From assembly GCA_041661685.1 (NCBI GenBank), contig JBAZTY010000001.1:128691-192690 (forward strand): DNA of 64,000 bases, read 5' to 3'. Below, one piece after another: positions 24,521-33,891 of this stretch; positions within the stretch are counted from its first letter, which is position 1; every line of letters begins with the position of its first letter. This DNA is from Patescibacteria group bacterium. Lineage in GTDB: Bacteria > Patescibacteriota > Patescibacteriia > Patescibacteriales > UBA12465. A program made the position numbers and the translations under genes. The notes beneath the pieces are model-generated. The model did no database searches. It had not been told where the DNA came from and saw only the letters and a program-made list of their open reading frames with translations.

Positions 24521-25387
24521 ATGAAAAAACTTTTTCAACGCTTGCGAAACTGTAAGCTCTGGCAATCTTTTTCTCTCAGAAAAAGGTGGCTTCTAGTTAT
24601 CACTATCGTATTATCGCTAGTTTTGCTTTATCTCACCTTGTCGATGCTGATAGTCGATCGGACGGAATTGAGCCTGGAAAAGTTGCATCGGTCATACCGC
24701 GATGAACCTATTTGCCATGAGACTTGCGCCGCAGCCAGGGAAACGGCCGTGTCGGTAATAGTTCAAAGATTAAAAGAGTATCCTGGCTCTAATAATACTC
24801 AGCGGTTGAAAGCTTATTTATTGGACGGAAATAATGAGGATAATGAGATTGATTTTCAGATTGGCTTGATAGATATTATTAGGGAGGCGTTCGGATCGGA
24901 TAATCCCCCCGGTTATGTCAGGGATTATATGGCTGAAGGAGAAGAGCCCTCGGTCCGCGCCGCCATTCTTTCTTCATTTAGCGCCTGGGCGTTAAGCGAC
25001 GCCGCTAATCCTTTCGATTATTATTATGAAATTTTGGCAAGCGGCGAAGATATTATCGTTAAGCTGGCGGCGGTTAGAGCGCTGAGTTCGACGGCCGACC
25101 AGGAAAGTTTATTTGCTAGCGAACAATTGAGATATATCAAGAAGATAATATTCGATTCTGAAAATGATAAGCGCTTGCGGCAAGCTCTAATTTTATTGCT
25201 CGGTGATTATTATCCGGTTTTTCCTAATGAAACTAAGGATATTCTTTCCGTCTTTTATAAGACAGATATCAGCGGCGATTCTATTAGTCGCGCCTTCGCC
25301 GCCGATATTCTTAATCGGCTCGCTGGAGAAGAATTAGCCGTGCCGGAGGTAAGCGCGGCGGAGTGGGATGAGTATTATAGCAACTAA
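24521..25387 (+). CDS. Membrane-anchored hypothetical protein, helical-repeat (HEAT-like) appearance
   Basis: N-terminal TM helix (WLLVITIVLSLVLLYLTLSMLIV). Repeated helical segments (VRAAILSSF, LAAVRALSS, RQALILLLGD). Ends 12 nt before the next gene. Confidence 0.45.
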   Translation: MKKLFQRLRNCKLWQSFSLRKRWLLVITIVLSLVLLYLTLSMLIVDRTELSLEKLHRSYRDEPICHETCAAARETAVSVIVQRLKEYPGSNNTQRLKAYLLDGNNEDNEIDFQIGLIDIIREAFGSDNPPGYVRDYMAEGEEPSVRAAILSSFSAWALSDAANPFDYYYEILASGEDIIVKLAAVRALSSTADQESLFASEQLRYIKKIIFDSENDKRLRQALILLLGDYYPVFPNETKDILSVFYKTDISGDSISRAFAADILNRLAGEELAVPEVSAAEWDEYYSN

Positions 25388-25399
25388 TTTAGAATATAT

Positions 25400-28300
25400 A
25401 TGAAATTTATAAAATTTTTGTTTAGTCTAGTTTTAATGATTTGTTTATTTTCTATTCCCGGATTATGTTGGGCGATGCCGCCGGGGACCTTACTGTATCG
25501 AACTTCCGGCGACGGCAAGATGTTCGGCTATAGCCAAGACCCCCTGATCTATTCGGAAAAGGGAATAATCAAAAATATCTATTCCGGCCATGCCGCTATT
25601 TATATCGGTAAAGAGAACGGGCAGGATTATATTGTCGAAGCGATGGCCGGAGGCATAGTCAAGAATCCGGCGAAATATTTTGTTAATCGAGCTGACGGCG
25701 AAACTTTCTTGGGCGCCCGTATGCCGAAATCAGTCAGCGCTTTACAACAAGCGCGCGTCGTCGCCCTGGCTAAGAGTTTAGTGGGGAAGAAGTTGAACTA
25801 CGATTTTGATTTTCACAAACAGAAAGGTCCTGGAGATAAAGAGTGGACTTGCGTCGGCTTGACTGAGAAACTATATGAAAGTGCCAATATTTTTAACCCG
25901 AATAATCTCGGAGCCTTAGAATATGATCCGGCTTACTATGCTGTTGATATTACGCCAGATGGCTTTGATAATGAGAGTATAGCTAATTCTTCCGGCGATT
26001 GTTTTTCTAAGGATAAGGAGTTCTCTAAGATTGCGCGGCGAACCGATATAGTGATACCGGCGCCGGAACTAATCGGCTATGACGTCGGACTTGAGCATGA
26101 AGGCGACCGTTATATTTTTTTGCCTTATACGCAATTTCTCCAGTCTAGCCTGGAGACTGTCGCTGCGGACATAGAAATTTCTTCATCCTTTTCGCGCGAG
26201 GAGATTAATGGGCCATTAAACGTCTATTCTCTGGCAGCCCGCTGGAGCCTGATTAACAATCCCGTCTCTTCTTTGAAGATTGTCGGGAAGGCAATAAAAG
26301 AAACGGTCGTCAAAGCGGCTGCTAAAACTAAAGAGATAGCGCAAAGCTTAGGCGGAAAGATTTTCGGTTCTAGCGCCGGAACATCTATAACTCTAGTTGA
26401 CGATGGTTTGCGGAAGGCGACGGCGACTGTGAGCAAGACTAAAAAAGCCGTAGCGGTAAATAAAAAAACGACGACTACGTCTAAGGCCAAGACGACTACC
26501 AATAAGAGCCTAGGCGTCAATGTTAAAACCAGTCAGACTGCCGCCGTCGAACTCAAAGCCGGAAAATTAGCCAGCGTCAAGGTTAGCACCGGAAAAACTA
26601 CAGAAGTCAAAGTCAGCGCGACTAAAACTAACACGACTAAGATCAGCGCGTCTAAAACTGATAAAGCGAGTACCCTGGCTGTCAGTTCAGGGGAATCTGT
26701 CCAGCAGGCTTATTATAGCCCGGCCGTATCAACAGTGAGTTCGGTGACGATTCACAGCTCGGGTGGTTCCAGCTCTGGTTCTAGTTCTAGCGGCTCCGGT
26801 AGTTCTTCTTCCGGCGGTTCTTCGGCGAATACGACCGCCGTCGATTATCCGAAGTTAGCGAGCATTAATAAGATATATAGTACCGGCGCTAATGATTGGG
26901 TAGAGATAATTAACACGACTGATCATGATTTTGATCTGGCTGCGGCCGGCTATCGCCTGGAAAAAACGAAGACCGCTGAAGACCCAAGCCTATTAATGCG
27001 CATCGGTGATACCGATGATGGCACTTATCCGGGCGGGACGATAATCAAGGCTCATGATACTTACATGATTGTAAATAGCGGCGCTAATGATTATTATAAG
27101 CAGAAAGCTGATGCCTTGGTCTATCGAGAGGGATTTAGTTGGCCTGGTCCCGGCTATACTATCTATTTGGGCACGGGAGCAATCAGCTCCAGCACTGATC
27201 CGGATATCGTGGACGCCATCGGTTTTGGAGAAGACGCGACCTATTTCCTCGGTAGCGGCCCGGCGCCGGAAATCAAAGATAATTATATCTTAAAGCGCGC
27301 CAGCTCATCGGATGATAACGCGATAGATTTTGGTTTGGTCCTAAGCGATGACCCGTCTATTGTCTTTAATCCTGAGAATGATGATAATCAGGCGGCGACT
27401 TCGACAACCGCCACTTCGACAACCGCCACTTCGACAACCGCCACTTCGACTATAGCCACGTCGACCGCGGTAGTGTCGACTTCGACGCCAGCTGTTGATT
27501 TGAGCCGATTGCTGCTGATAAGAAAAATATATAGCACCGGCGATAATGACTGGATAGAATTATTCAATCCGACTGATACTGATATTAATCTAGCATCGAC
27601 CGGCTATCGTTTAGAAAAAGCCGCGACTACTCAAGATCCGAGCCTATTGATGCGCATCGGCGATGAAGGCGACGGTCTTTATCCCGGAGGAACGACAATA
27701 AAAGCGCACGACAGTTATCTGATAGTGCGCGATGACGCTAATAGTTATTATCTGAATCAGGCCGATGCGATTGCGACGCGAACCGAATTTAGCTGGGGAG
27801 GGAATGGCTATAGTCTCTATATGGGAATGGATGCTATCAGTTCCAGTACTGATCCGGACATCGCCGACTTAGTCGGTTTTGGTTCGGGCGCTTCTTATTA
27901 CGATGGCATCGCGCCGGCGCCCGAGATTATCGATGCTTATATCTTAAATCGAATCGCTAACACTCATCATAATTCGACGGATTTTAATCTGATTGCTTCC
28001 GATGATCCCGATGCCGCCAGCCCTGATTCGGAAATGGATGATGGCTTATTCGTGCCGCCAGTTCCGACTGTTTCCGGTGGGCTGACTGATATCTGGCATT
28101 TTAACGAATGTTATGGACCGGGAGATTGGGCAGTCGGAAAATGGGACTGCGCGCGCCAGCTCGGCTATTATCACGGACCGTTGAATATTGCCCTTAATCC
28201 AGCGGTAAATATGAATAATGGATTCTCGTTGAGCTTTTATTATAAAAAGTCACAGGATACGCCGAGTATCGAGACAGTGCTTTCAAATTCTTCCGGAGAA

Positions 28301-29269
28301 AGATTCTCTATTAGGACAGATGCCGGCATGTTAGAGATAGAAGGTCTGCCAAATTCTGAATTCCGATATTATCAAGGCATCCCCGGCGATTATGAATGGC
28401 ATAAATTAACTTTAGTGATAAATCGCGAGGAGGATTATTGGGAAATCTATATCGATGGCAATAGGGTCATACAGGAATCTTTCTTCCTGACTTTGCCGAT
28501 AATGACTAATTTAGATATCAAGAGTGAAAGCGTCTCGGTTTTATTTGATGAATTGGCCTTATGGCATCGGCCGCTCGCGGCTTCAGAAATAAAAGCCGAT
28601 TATGAAGCCAATGCGCCCTATAGTCCGATGCCGGAACGCGAAGCGCAAACGGCTCCCGAATTGCTTAATTTCTGGAGTTTCGGAGAAGGCACCGGCCAAA
28701 CGTCTTTGGATAGTATCGGCGGAGTTACTCTTAATCTAACTGCTGATGCCTGGGTCGGACGAAGCCATAATAATTATGCCATTAAGGTCGATCCCGGACG
28801 CCTACATTCTGCAACCTTAACTGATTTTCCAGCCACAAAAGATTTATCCATGGCTTTCTGGTGGCGGGATGCGCCTGATGATCATAACGGTGAAACCGGC
28901 CTATATCTTACCGGCGGCGTGAATAATGATAAGAAATTATTGGCGATCTTGCCTGATAATTTTCGGCTTGATTATTGGTTTAATAACAATTACGGAATTT
29001 TAGCCGAAGGATTGAACACGGCGATACCGGGCGGGAGCGATTGGCATTATCTGACCTATGTCTATGACTCTTATCGTTATAAATTAAGCTTCTATGTCGA
29101 TGGGATCGAGAAAGCCAGTTCTTCCTTAATCTGGATACATGAAAGCGACAAAATCAAGGGAATTGAGATAACGACTAGCGGGGCAGAAACGGAAATCGAT
29201 GATCTAAGCCTCTGGCGGGGCGCTTTGAGCCCAAGTCAAGTAAAAGAAATTTATACTAATAATAAATAA
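25400..29269 (+). CDS. Giant secreted multidomain protein: permuted papain-like (YiiX/C92-like) amidase domain, S/T/K-rich linkers, 2 lamin-tail-like (LTD) domains and 2 LamG/concanavalin-like domains
   Basis: Signal peptide. GHAAIYIGKENG...EAMAGGI...EWTCVGLTEKLYE (Cys/His amidase-like). Duplicated KIYSTG.NDW(V/I)E..N.TD...L...GYRLEK blocks (LTD-like). FDELALWHRPLAASEI and IDDLSLWRGALSPSQV (LamG-like ends). Confidence 0.6.
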   Translation: MKFIKFLFSLVLMICLFSIPGLCWAMPPGTLLYRTSGDGKMFGYSQDPLIYSEKGIIKNIYSGHAAIYIGKENGQDYIVEAMAGGIVKNPAKYFVNRADGETFLGARMPKSVSALQQARVVALAKSLVGKKLNYDFDFHKQKGPGDKEWTCVGLTEKLYESANIFNPNNLGALEYDPAYYAVDITPDGFDNESIANSSGDCFSKDKEFSKIARRTDIVIPAPELIGYDVGLEHEGDRYIFLPYTQFLQSSLETVAADIEISSSFSREEINGPLNVYSLAARWSLINNPVSSLKIVGKAIKETVVKAAAKTKEIAQSLGGKIFGSSAGTSITLVDDGLRKATATVSKTKKAVAVNKKTTTTSKAKTTTNKSLGVNVKTSQTAAVELKAGKLASVKVSTGKTTEVKVSATKTNTTKISASKTDKASTLAVSSGESVQQAYYSPAVSTVSSVTIHSSGGSSSGSSSSGSGSSSSGGSSANTTAVDYPKLASINKIYSTGANDWVEIINTTDHDFDLAAAGYRLEKTKTAEDPSLLMRIGDTDDGTYPGGTIIKAHDTYMIVNSGANDYYKQKADALVYREGFSWPGPGYTIYLGTGAISSSTDPDIVDAIGFGEDATYFLGSGPAPEIKDNYILKRASSSDDNAIDFGLVLSDDPSIVFNPENDDNQAATSTTATSTTATSTTATSTIATSTAVVSTSTPAVDLSRLLLIRKIYSTGDNDWIELFNPTDTDINLASTGYRLEKAATTQDPSLLMRIGDEGDGLYPGGTTIKAHDSYLIVRDDANSYYLNQADAIATRTEFSWGGNGYSLYMGMDAISSSTDPDIADLVGFGSGASYYDGIAPAPEIIDAYILNRIANTHHNSTDFNLIASDDPDAASPDSEMDDGLFVPPVPTVSGGLTDIWHFNECYGPGDWAVGKWDCARQLGYYHGPLNIALNPAVNMNNGFSLSFYYKKSQDTPSIETVLSNSSGERFSIRTDAGMLEIEGLPNSEFRYYQGIPGDYEWHKLTLVINREEDYWEIYIDGNRVIQESFFLTLPIMTNLDIKSESVSVLFDELALWHRPLAASEIKADYEANAPYSPMPEREAQTAPELLNFWSFGEGTGQTSLDSIGGVTLNLTADAWVGRSHNNYAIKVDPGRLHSATLTDFPATKDLSMAFWWRDAPDDHNGETGLYLTGGVNNDKKLLAILPDNFRLDYWFNNNYGILAEGLNTAIPGGSDWHYLTYVYDSYRYKLSFYVDGIEKASSSLIWIHESDKIKGIEITTSGAETEIDDLSLWRGALSPSQVKEIYTNNK
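27398..27457 (+). repeat. In-frame 15-bp tandem repeat (acttcgacaaccgcc: 3 perfect copies then degenerate ones) encoding an (ATSTT)n linker
   Basis: Perfect units at 27398-27412, 27413-27427 and 27428-27442, followed by diverged copies. Confidence 0.9.
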
Positions 29270-29300
29270 AAAAGGCCACCTTAGGGTGGCCTTTCTCTTG
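29270..29300 (+). terminator. Intrinsic terminator after the 1289-aa gene
   Basis: aaaaaggccacc-ttag-ggtggccttt followed by a T-rich tract. Confidence 0.8.
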
Positions 29301-29338
29301 CTTTTTTTCGGCTTTTCTTGTATTATGAAAACGTTATT

Positions 29339-29710
29339 AGAGTAAGCGGGCGATTGCTCTATTTTTAATAGAGAGGAAAGTCCGGACTTCGCAATTTGTT
29401 TATTCATAAGCAAATATGATAGTGGGTAACGCCCACCGGTCCGCCGTCAGGCGGATTAGGGAAAGTGCCACAGAGACTATACTAATTCTGGAATTTATTT
29501 GACAGAATCAAAGGTGAAAAGAGGCTGGATGTCCTTCGGGGCTACCGGTTTCGGCCTCCGGCGACGGAGATGCCGTGGTAAACCCTATCAGAAGCAAGAG
29601 CAAACTAGCCCGTTCGCGGGTTAGAAAAAGTAGCTCGCTTGAGCTCGCCAGCAATGGCGAGCCTAGATAAATGATCGCTAGAACAGAATCCGGCTTACGG
29701 CTGCTCTAAT
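29339..29710 (+). ncRNA. rnpB: RNase P RNA, bacterial type A
   Basis: Universal blocks GAGGAAAGTCCGGAC, GGGTAACGCCCACC, AGTGCCACAGAGA, GGTAAACCC, CTTGAGC...GCCTAGATAAATGATCGC and ACAGAATCCGGCTTAC. 5' agag pairs with 3' ctct (P1). Ends are good to about +/-5 nt. Confidence 0.9.
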
Positions 29711-29736
29711 AACCTTAGTCAACAAAAACTTCACAT

Positions 29737-31152
29737 ATGAAAAAAATCGAGTCATTCTTTTCCGTCCTCTTTATTCCGGTGGATTTTGTCATGGTTTTGC
29801 TCGCCGGCGTTTCCGCCTATTTTTTGAGATTTTCCGATTGGTCGTCTAGCATTCGGCCGGCTATCTTTAGTTTGCCTTTTCCGCAATATTTTCGTTCGGT
29901 CGCGCTTATTGCGGTCTTATGGACTATTATTTTCGTTATCGCCGGTCTATATCAGATTAGAGGCGCTCGCCAATTAGCTCAAGAGCTGCGGAAGATATTC
30001 TTCGCCTGTTCGACCGGCTTGGCGCTTATCGCCGTCATGATCTTTTTCCAGCGCGAATTATTCGATTCGCGTTTTATCGTTTTAGCCGGCTGGCTTTTTG
30101 CTGTTATTTATATCAGCTTGGCTCACATTATTATCCGTTTTATCCAGCGCCGTCTATATATTATCGGTGTCGGCGTCCACAAGATTATTCTCGTCGGCAA
30201 TTCTAAGACGACTGATAATCTTATGGCGGAATTTTCCAGCAATAAGAAAGCTGGCTTCGAAGTCGTTAAGCGCGTCCGGGATTTTTCTCTAGAGACTGTT
30301 CAGGAATTAGCTGAATTCGTTAAAGATAGGGAAGTCGATGAGATTATCCAGAGCGATCCGAATCTGAGCAAGGTAGAGACTTTGCGCCTTTATGATTTCG
30401 CTAATGACAATCATCTGACTTTTAAATATGTCGCAGATTTATTGGAGGTGAAGGTCCTTAGGACCGAAGTCGCGGAAATAATCGGTATTCCGGTCGTCGA
30501 AGTGAAGCGCACGACTTTAGAAGGCTGGGGCCGCATCCTAAAACGCGGTTTCGATATCGTCGTTTCTGCTATATTGATAATTATTCTATCTCCGATAATT
30601 CTGATTACCATGCTAGCGATCAAGCTTGATTCTCGCGGGCCGATTTTCTTTTCGCGCCGCGATGACGGCCAGCCCGTGACTCGCGTCGGCGAAGGCGGCG
30701 CGCCGTTCAAGTATTTCAAATTCCGTTCCATGATCCCTAATTCCGACAGCATGCGCTATAACGAATTGGCCGATAGGAATATCCGCACCGACGGTCCGAT
30801 GGTCAAGATTAAGGATGATCCGCGCATCACCCGCGTCGGAAAAATCATCCGCCGCTGGTCCATAGACGAGCTGCCGGAATTATTTTTGGTTTTTGCCGGC
30901 CGTATGAGCCTCGTCGGTCCCCGCCCGCACCTGCCGGAAGAAGTCGCTAAATATGAGAACTATCATCGCAAGACTTTAACCATCAAGCCGGGCATTACCG
31001 GCTTAGCGCAAGTATCCGGTCGCAGCGATTTATTGTTCGAAGAAGAAGCAAAGCTCGATATCTATTATATCGAGAATTGGACTATGCTTCTGGATATTTC
31101 TATTCTATTAAAGACCCCTTTCGCCGTGCTCAAGCACCGTGAAGCGGAATAA
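29737..31152 (+). CDS. Polyprenyl-phosphate sugar phosphotransferase (WbaP/WcaJ/EpsB-type initiating transferase)
   Basis: N-terminal TM helices plus the C-terminal bacterial sugar transferase domain (KRGFDIVVSAILIIILSPI, FKFRSM, DELPELFLVFAGRMSLVGPRP, PGITGLAQVSGR). Confidence 0.85.
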   Translation: MKKIESFFSVLFIPVDFVMVLLAGVSAYFLRFSDWSSSIRPAIFSLPFPQYFRSVALIAVLWTIIFVIAGLYQIRGARQLAQELRKIFFACSTGLALIAVMIFFQRELFDSRFIVLAGWLFAVIYISLAHIIIRFIQRRLYIIGVGVHKIILVGNSKTTDNLMAEFSSNKKAGFEVVKRVRDFSLETVQELAEFVKDREVDEIIQSDPNLSKVETLRLYDFANDNHLTFKYVADLLEVKVLRTEVAEIIGIPVVEVKRTTLEGWGRILKRGFDIVVSAILIIILSPIILITMLAIKLDSRGPIFFSRRDDGQPVTRVGEGGAPFKYFKFRSMIPNSDSMRYNELADRNIRTDGPMVKIKDDPRITRVGKIIRRWSIDELPELFLVFAGRMSLVGPRPHLPEEVAKYENYHRKTLTIKPGITGLAQVSGRSDLLFEEEAKLDIYYIENWTMLLDISILLKTPFAVLKHREAE

Positions 31153-31156
31153 ACCC

Positions 31157-32275
31157 ATGAAAACCGCTTTAATCCATGATCATCTCGCCCAGGACGGCGG
31201 CGCCGAAAAAGTCTTGCAAGTTTTAGCCGATATGTTCCAGGACGCGCCGATATATACGCTTCTCTATGAAAAGAAGAATATCGACCGCTATGCCGGCCGC
31301 AAGGTTGCGGCCTCCATCATCCAGAAACTGCCCGGCGGCGTCAAGCATTATCAATGGTATCTGACCTTCATGCCGATTGCCGTGGAGTTTTTTGATTTAG
31401 GGGAATACGACTTGGTTATTTCCGATACCAGCTCTTTTGCTAAAGGCGTCATCACTAAGCCGGATTGCCTGCATATCTGCTACTGCCATACTCCGACCCG
31501 CTATCTCTGGAGCGATACTCATGAATATCTGAATGAGCTCAAATATAATAAATGGTTCAAGAAGATCATTTCTCTCGTTATCAGCCGCATCCGCCTCTGG
31601 GATCGCGCCGCCGCCGATCGGGTTGATTTTTTCATCGCTAATTCCGTTACTGTCCAAAAGCGCATCAGGAAATATTATCGCCGCGAATCCGTCGTTATTT
31701 ATCCGCCGGTAGAAACGGAGATATTTTCGATTATTAATCCGGTTGAATATGCGCAGAGCGAAAAATATTTCTTAGCCGGTTGCCGCTTGGCGCCATATAA
31801 GCGCATCGATATCGTTATCGAGGCTTTTAAGCTTTTAGGCGGAGATTATAAGTTGAAAATCTTCGGCGATGGCGTGGATATGAAGCGCTTGAAGAATATC
31901 GCTGGAGATAATCATAATATCGAATTTTTGGGCCGAGTGACCGAAGAAGAGAAGGCTCGCCTTTATCAAGGCGCTGAGGCTTTCATTAATCCGCAAGAAG
32001 AAGATTTTGGCATCACAGCCGTTGAATCGATGGCGAGCGGCCGGCCGGTAATCGCTTATCGCAAAGGCGGCGCGACCGAAACGATCATTGCAGGGAAGAC
32101 CGGTACATTTTTTGATATCCAGACTGCGGAAGAGCTAGAAAAGGTAATTAGGAATTTTAAATCAGGAACTTACGATTCAAAAGAGATACGCGCTCATGCT
32201 GAACAATTTTCTGTGGATAATTTTAAGCGCCAGATGAACGAGTTCATCGCGGCTCGTAAAAATGGAAAGCAATAG
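31157..32275 (+). CDS. Glycosyltransferase family 4
   Basis: MKTALIHDHLAQDGGAEKV start, and the E-x7-E region EEDFGITAVESMASGRPVIA. The ATG at 31157 is preferred over the GTG at 31139. Confidence 0.8.
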   Translation: MKTALIHDHLAQDGGAEKVLQVLADMFQDAPIYTLLYEKKNIDRYAGRKVAASIIQKLPGGVKHYQWYLTFMPIAVEFFDLGEYDLVISDTSSFAKGVITKPDCLHICYCHTPTRYLWSDTHEYLNELKYNKWFKKIISLVISRIRLWDRAAADRVDFFIANSVTVQKRIRKYYRRESVVIYPPVETEIFSIINPVEYAQSEKYFLAGCRLAPYKRIDIVIEAFKLLGGDYKLKIFGDGVDMKRLKNIAGDNHNIEFLGRVTEEEKARLYQGAEAFINPQEEDFGITAVESMASGRPVIAYRKGGATETIIAGKTGTFFDIQTAEELEKVIRNFKSGTYDSKEIRAHAEQFSVDNFKRQMNEFIAARKNGKQ

Positions 32276-32308
32276 GAAGATTTTTAATATAAAAAAAGTT
32301 TTTTGTAT

Positions 32309-32343
32309 AAAAAAAGGGGATAAGTTTCTCAATACTTATCCCC
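32309..32343 (-). terminator. Strong minus-strand-only intrinsic terminator with no minus-strand CDS to serve
   Basis: The minus strand reads GGGGATAAGT-attgagaa-ACTTATCCCC followed by TTTTTTT. On the plus strand the U-run is absent. Confidence 0.8.
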
Positions 32344-32654
32344 GACATGACGAAGGTTACGACACTGAAATCAGAATGATTTATCTCTAATTCTATGAGC
32401 TTTGGGCAATCGCATTGAGCTGCAGTATGTTTACCTTGCGTGCGACCGGCGGGCTATAAAATGATAGAGAATTAAGTTTTTATTACCAATGTCAGACCGC
32501 GTACCATGCCGAGACTAATTGATTAATGATTGTGCACCCGGGTGCAGAAATAATAAATTTTTCGCTAGTTATTACCCGAACAGAGGTTTCCTCTTATTGG
32601 TAGCTAACTCGAAATCATGGTTTGGTTTTGATGCCAAGCAGTTCAATCAGTCTT
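32344..32654 (-). ncRNA. Candidate unclassified non-coding transcript, bounded by a minus-strand promoter and terminator (about 345 nt including the terminator at 32309-32343)
   Basis: No ORF above about 12 codons on the minus strand. Internal hairpins include the tgcacccgggtgca palindrome and agagg-aaa-cctct. I recognised no family. Confidence 0.35.
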
Positions 32655-32660
32655 AACGAC

Positions 32661-32689
32661 ATCCTAGTCCTTGCCTTAATCATTGTCAA
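32661..32689 (-). promoter_or_regulatory. Minus-strand sigma-70-type promoter TTGACA-17 nt-TAGGAT
   Basis: The reverse complement of 32684-32689 is TTGACA and that of 32661-32666 is TAGGAT. The spacer is exactly 17 nt. Confidence 0.5.
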
Positions 32690-32724
32690 GAGTCTCAAAA
32701 AGTCTAAAATATCAGTAAAGTCTT

Positions 32725-33891
32725 ATGAAAATCGGGATAGATATCAGAGTTTTAATGGATAAGCATTATAGCGGCATATCAGAATATACCGCTAATTTAT
32801 TATCGGCTATATTGGCGCAGGATCAGACCAATGAATATAAGTTTTTTTATAATTCTTATCATGATTTAAACGGTCGCCTGGATAAATGGAATAACCATAA
32901 TTCTCAGGTCATCGGCCTCCACTATCCGAACAAGATTTTTAATTATTGCCTGCAGAAAATTTTCGGTTATCCGCGATTGGATAAGATTTTAGGCGGCGTC
33001 GATGTCTTCTGGTTGCCGCATTTTAATTTTACAAGTTTGAGCAGTTCGGAATCAGGACTAAAGAAAGTAATTACGGTCCACGATCTATCCTTCCTGCGCT
33101 ATCCGCAATTCTTCAGCGGCCGCAAGAATTTTTGGCATAAAGCTCTCGGCGTTAAGAAAATACTGAAGGAAGCGGATATGGTCATCGCGGTTTCGGAAAA
33201 TACGAAGAATGATATTATCGAGCTGGCGGGCATTGATGCTGCGAAAATCAGAGTGATTTATTCCGGCAACAACGTTATTAAGAAAGCCTGGCCGGAAGAT
33301 AAGATAAAAACTTGCCTAGATAAGCTAGACATCAGCGGCCCGTTCATCCTTTACGTCGGCAATATCGAACCGCGTAAGAATATCAGCGGCCTGATTAAGG
33401 CATATGATAAGCTACGGAATGAATTACGAAACAAAAGCGAGAATGTTGATCTAGTCTTAGCCGGTGCTCCGGGCTGGAAAGATTCTCAGATTCATAAAGA
33501 CTGGCAAGCCTCTACTTATAAGAACCAGATCAAGTTCCTCGGCTATATAAGCCAAGAAGAAAAAGAAATATTATATTCTCGAGCCGCTGTTTTTGTTTAT
33601 CCATCCTTCTATGAAGGTTTCGGCTTTCCGCCTTTAGAAGCGATGACTTATGGCGCGCCCGTCGTCTGTTCGAATGTTTCTAGTCTGTCGGAAATAGTCG
33701 CTGACGCGGCCATAATGATTAATCCAGAAAAACCTGAAGAGATAGCGAAAGCTATGAAGCTAATTTTGACCGACAAAGAGTTGCGCGCGCATTTAGTATC
33801 CTTAGGTTATGAACGCGCAAAAATATTTTCTTGGGATAAAGCCGCTAAAGAATATTTAGAATTATTTAAAGAATTGCATGAAAATAGATAA
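32725..33891 (+). CDS. Glycosyltransferase family 4
   Basis: YVGNIEPRKN, FVYPSFYEGFGFPPLEAMTYGAPVVCSN. Confidence 0.85.
   Translation: MKIGIDIRVLMDKHYSGISEYTANLLSAILAQDQTNEYKFFYNSYHDLNGRLDKWNNHNSQVIGLHYPNKIFNYCLQKIFGYPRLDKILGGVDVFWLPHFNFTSLSSSESGLKKVITVHDLSFLRYPQFFSGRKNFWHKALGVKKILKEADMVIAVSENTKNDIIELAGIDAAKIRVIYSGNNVIKKAWPEDKIKTCLDKLDISGPFILYVGNIEPRKNISGLIKAYDKLRNELRNKSENVDLVLAGAPGWKDSQIHKDWQASTYKNQIKFLGYISQEEKEILYSRAAVFVYPSFYEGFGFPPLEAMTYGAPVVCSNVSSLSEIVADAAIMINPEKPEEIAKAMKLILTDKELRAHLVSLGYERAKIFSWDKAAKEYLELFKELHENR

Noticed and set aside
27398-27472. Short direct repeats considered as a CRISPR-like array.
   Set aside because: The units are 15 bp, contiguous with no spacers, and in frame within a coding region. 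No cas genes are present, and no other repeat-spacer pattern was seen anywhere in the window.
29204-29413. A 69-aa minus-strand ORF.
   Set aside because: It overlaps the terminator of the 1289-aa gene and the 5' third of rnpB, whose universally conserved blocks are unambiguous.
32276-32724. tmRNA, SRP RNA or 6S RNA as the identity of the orphan transcription unit.
   Set aside because: It has no GGGG acceptor start, T-arm or CCA (tmRNA). It lacks the GGAAGCAGCC-type domain IV motif (SRP). It is also too long, and has no obvious central bubble architecture I could trace by eye (6S). It is left unclassified pending a covariance-model search.
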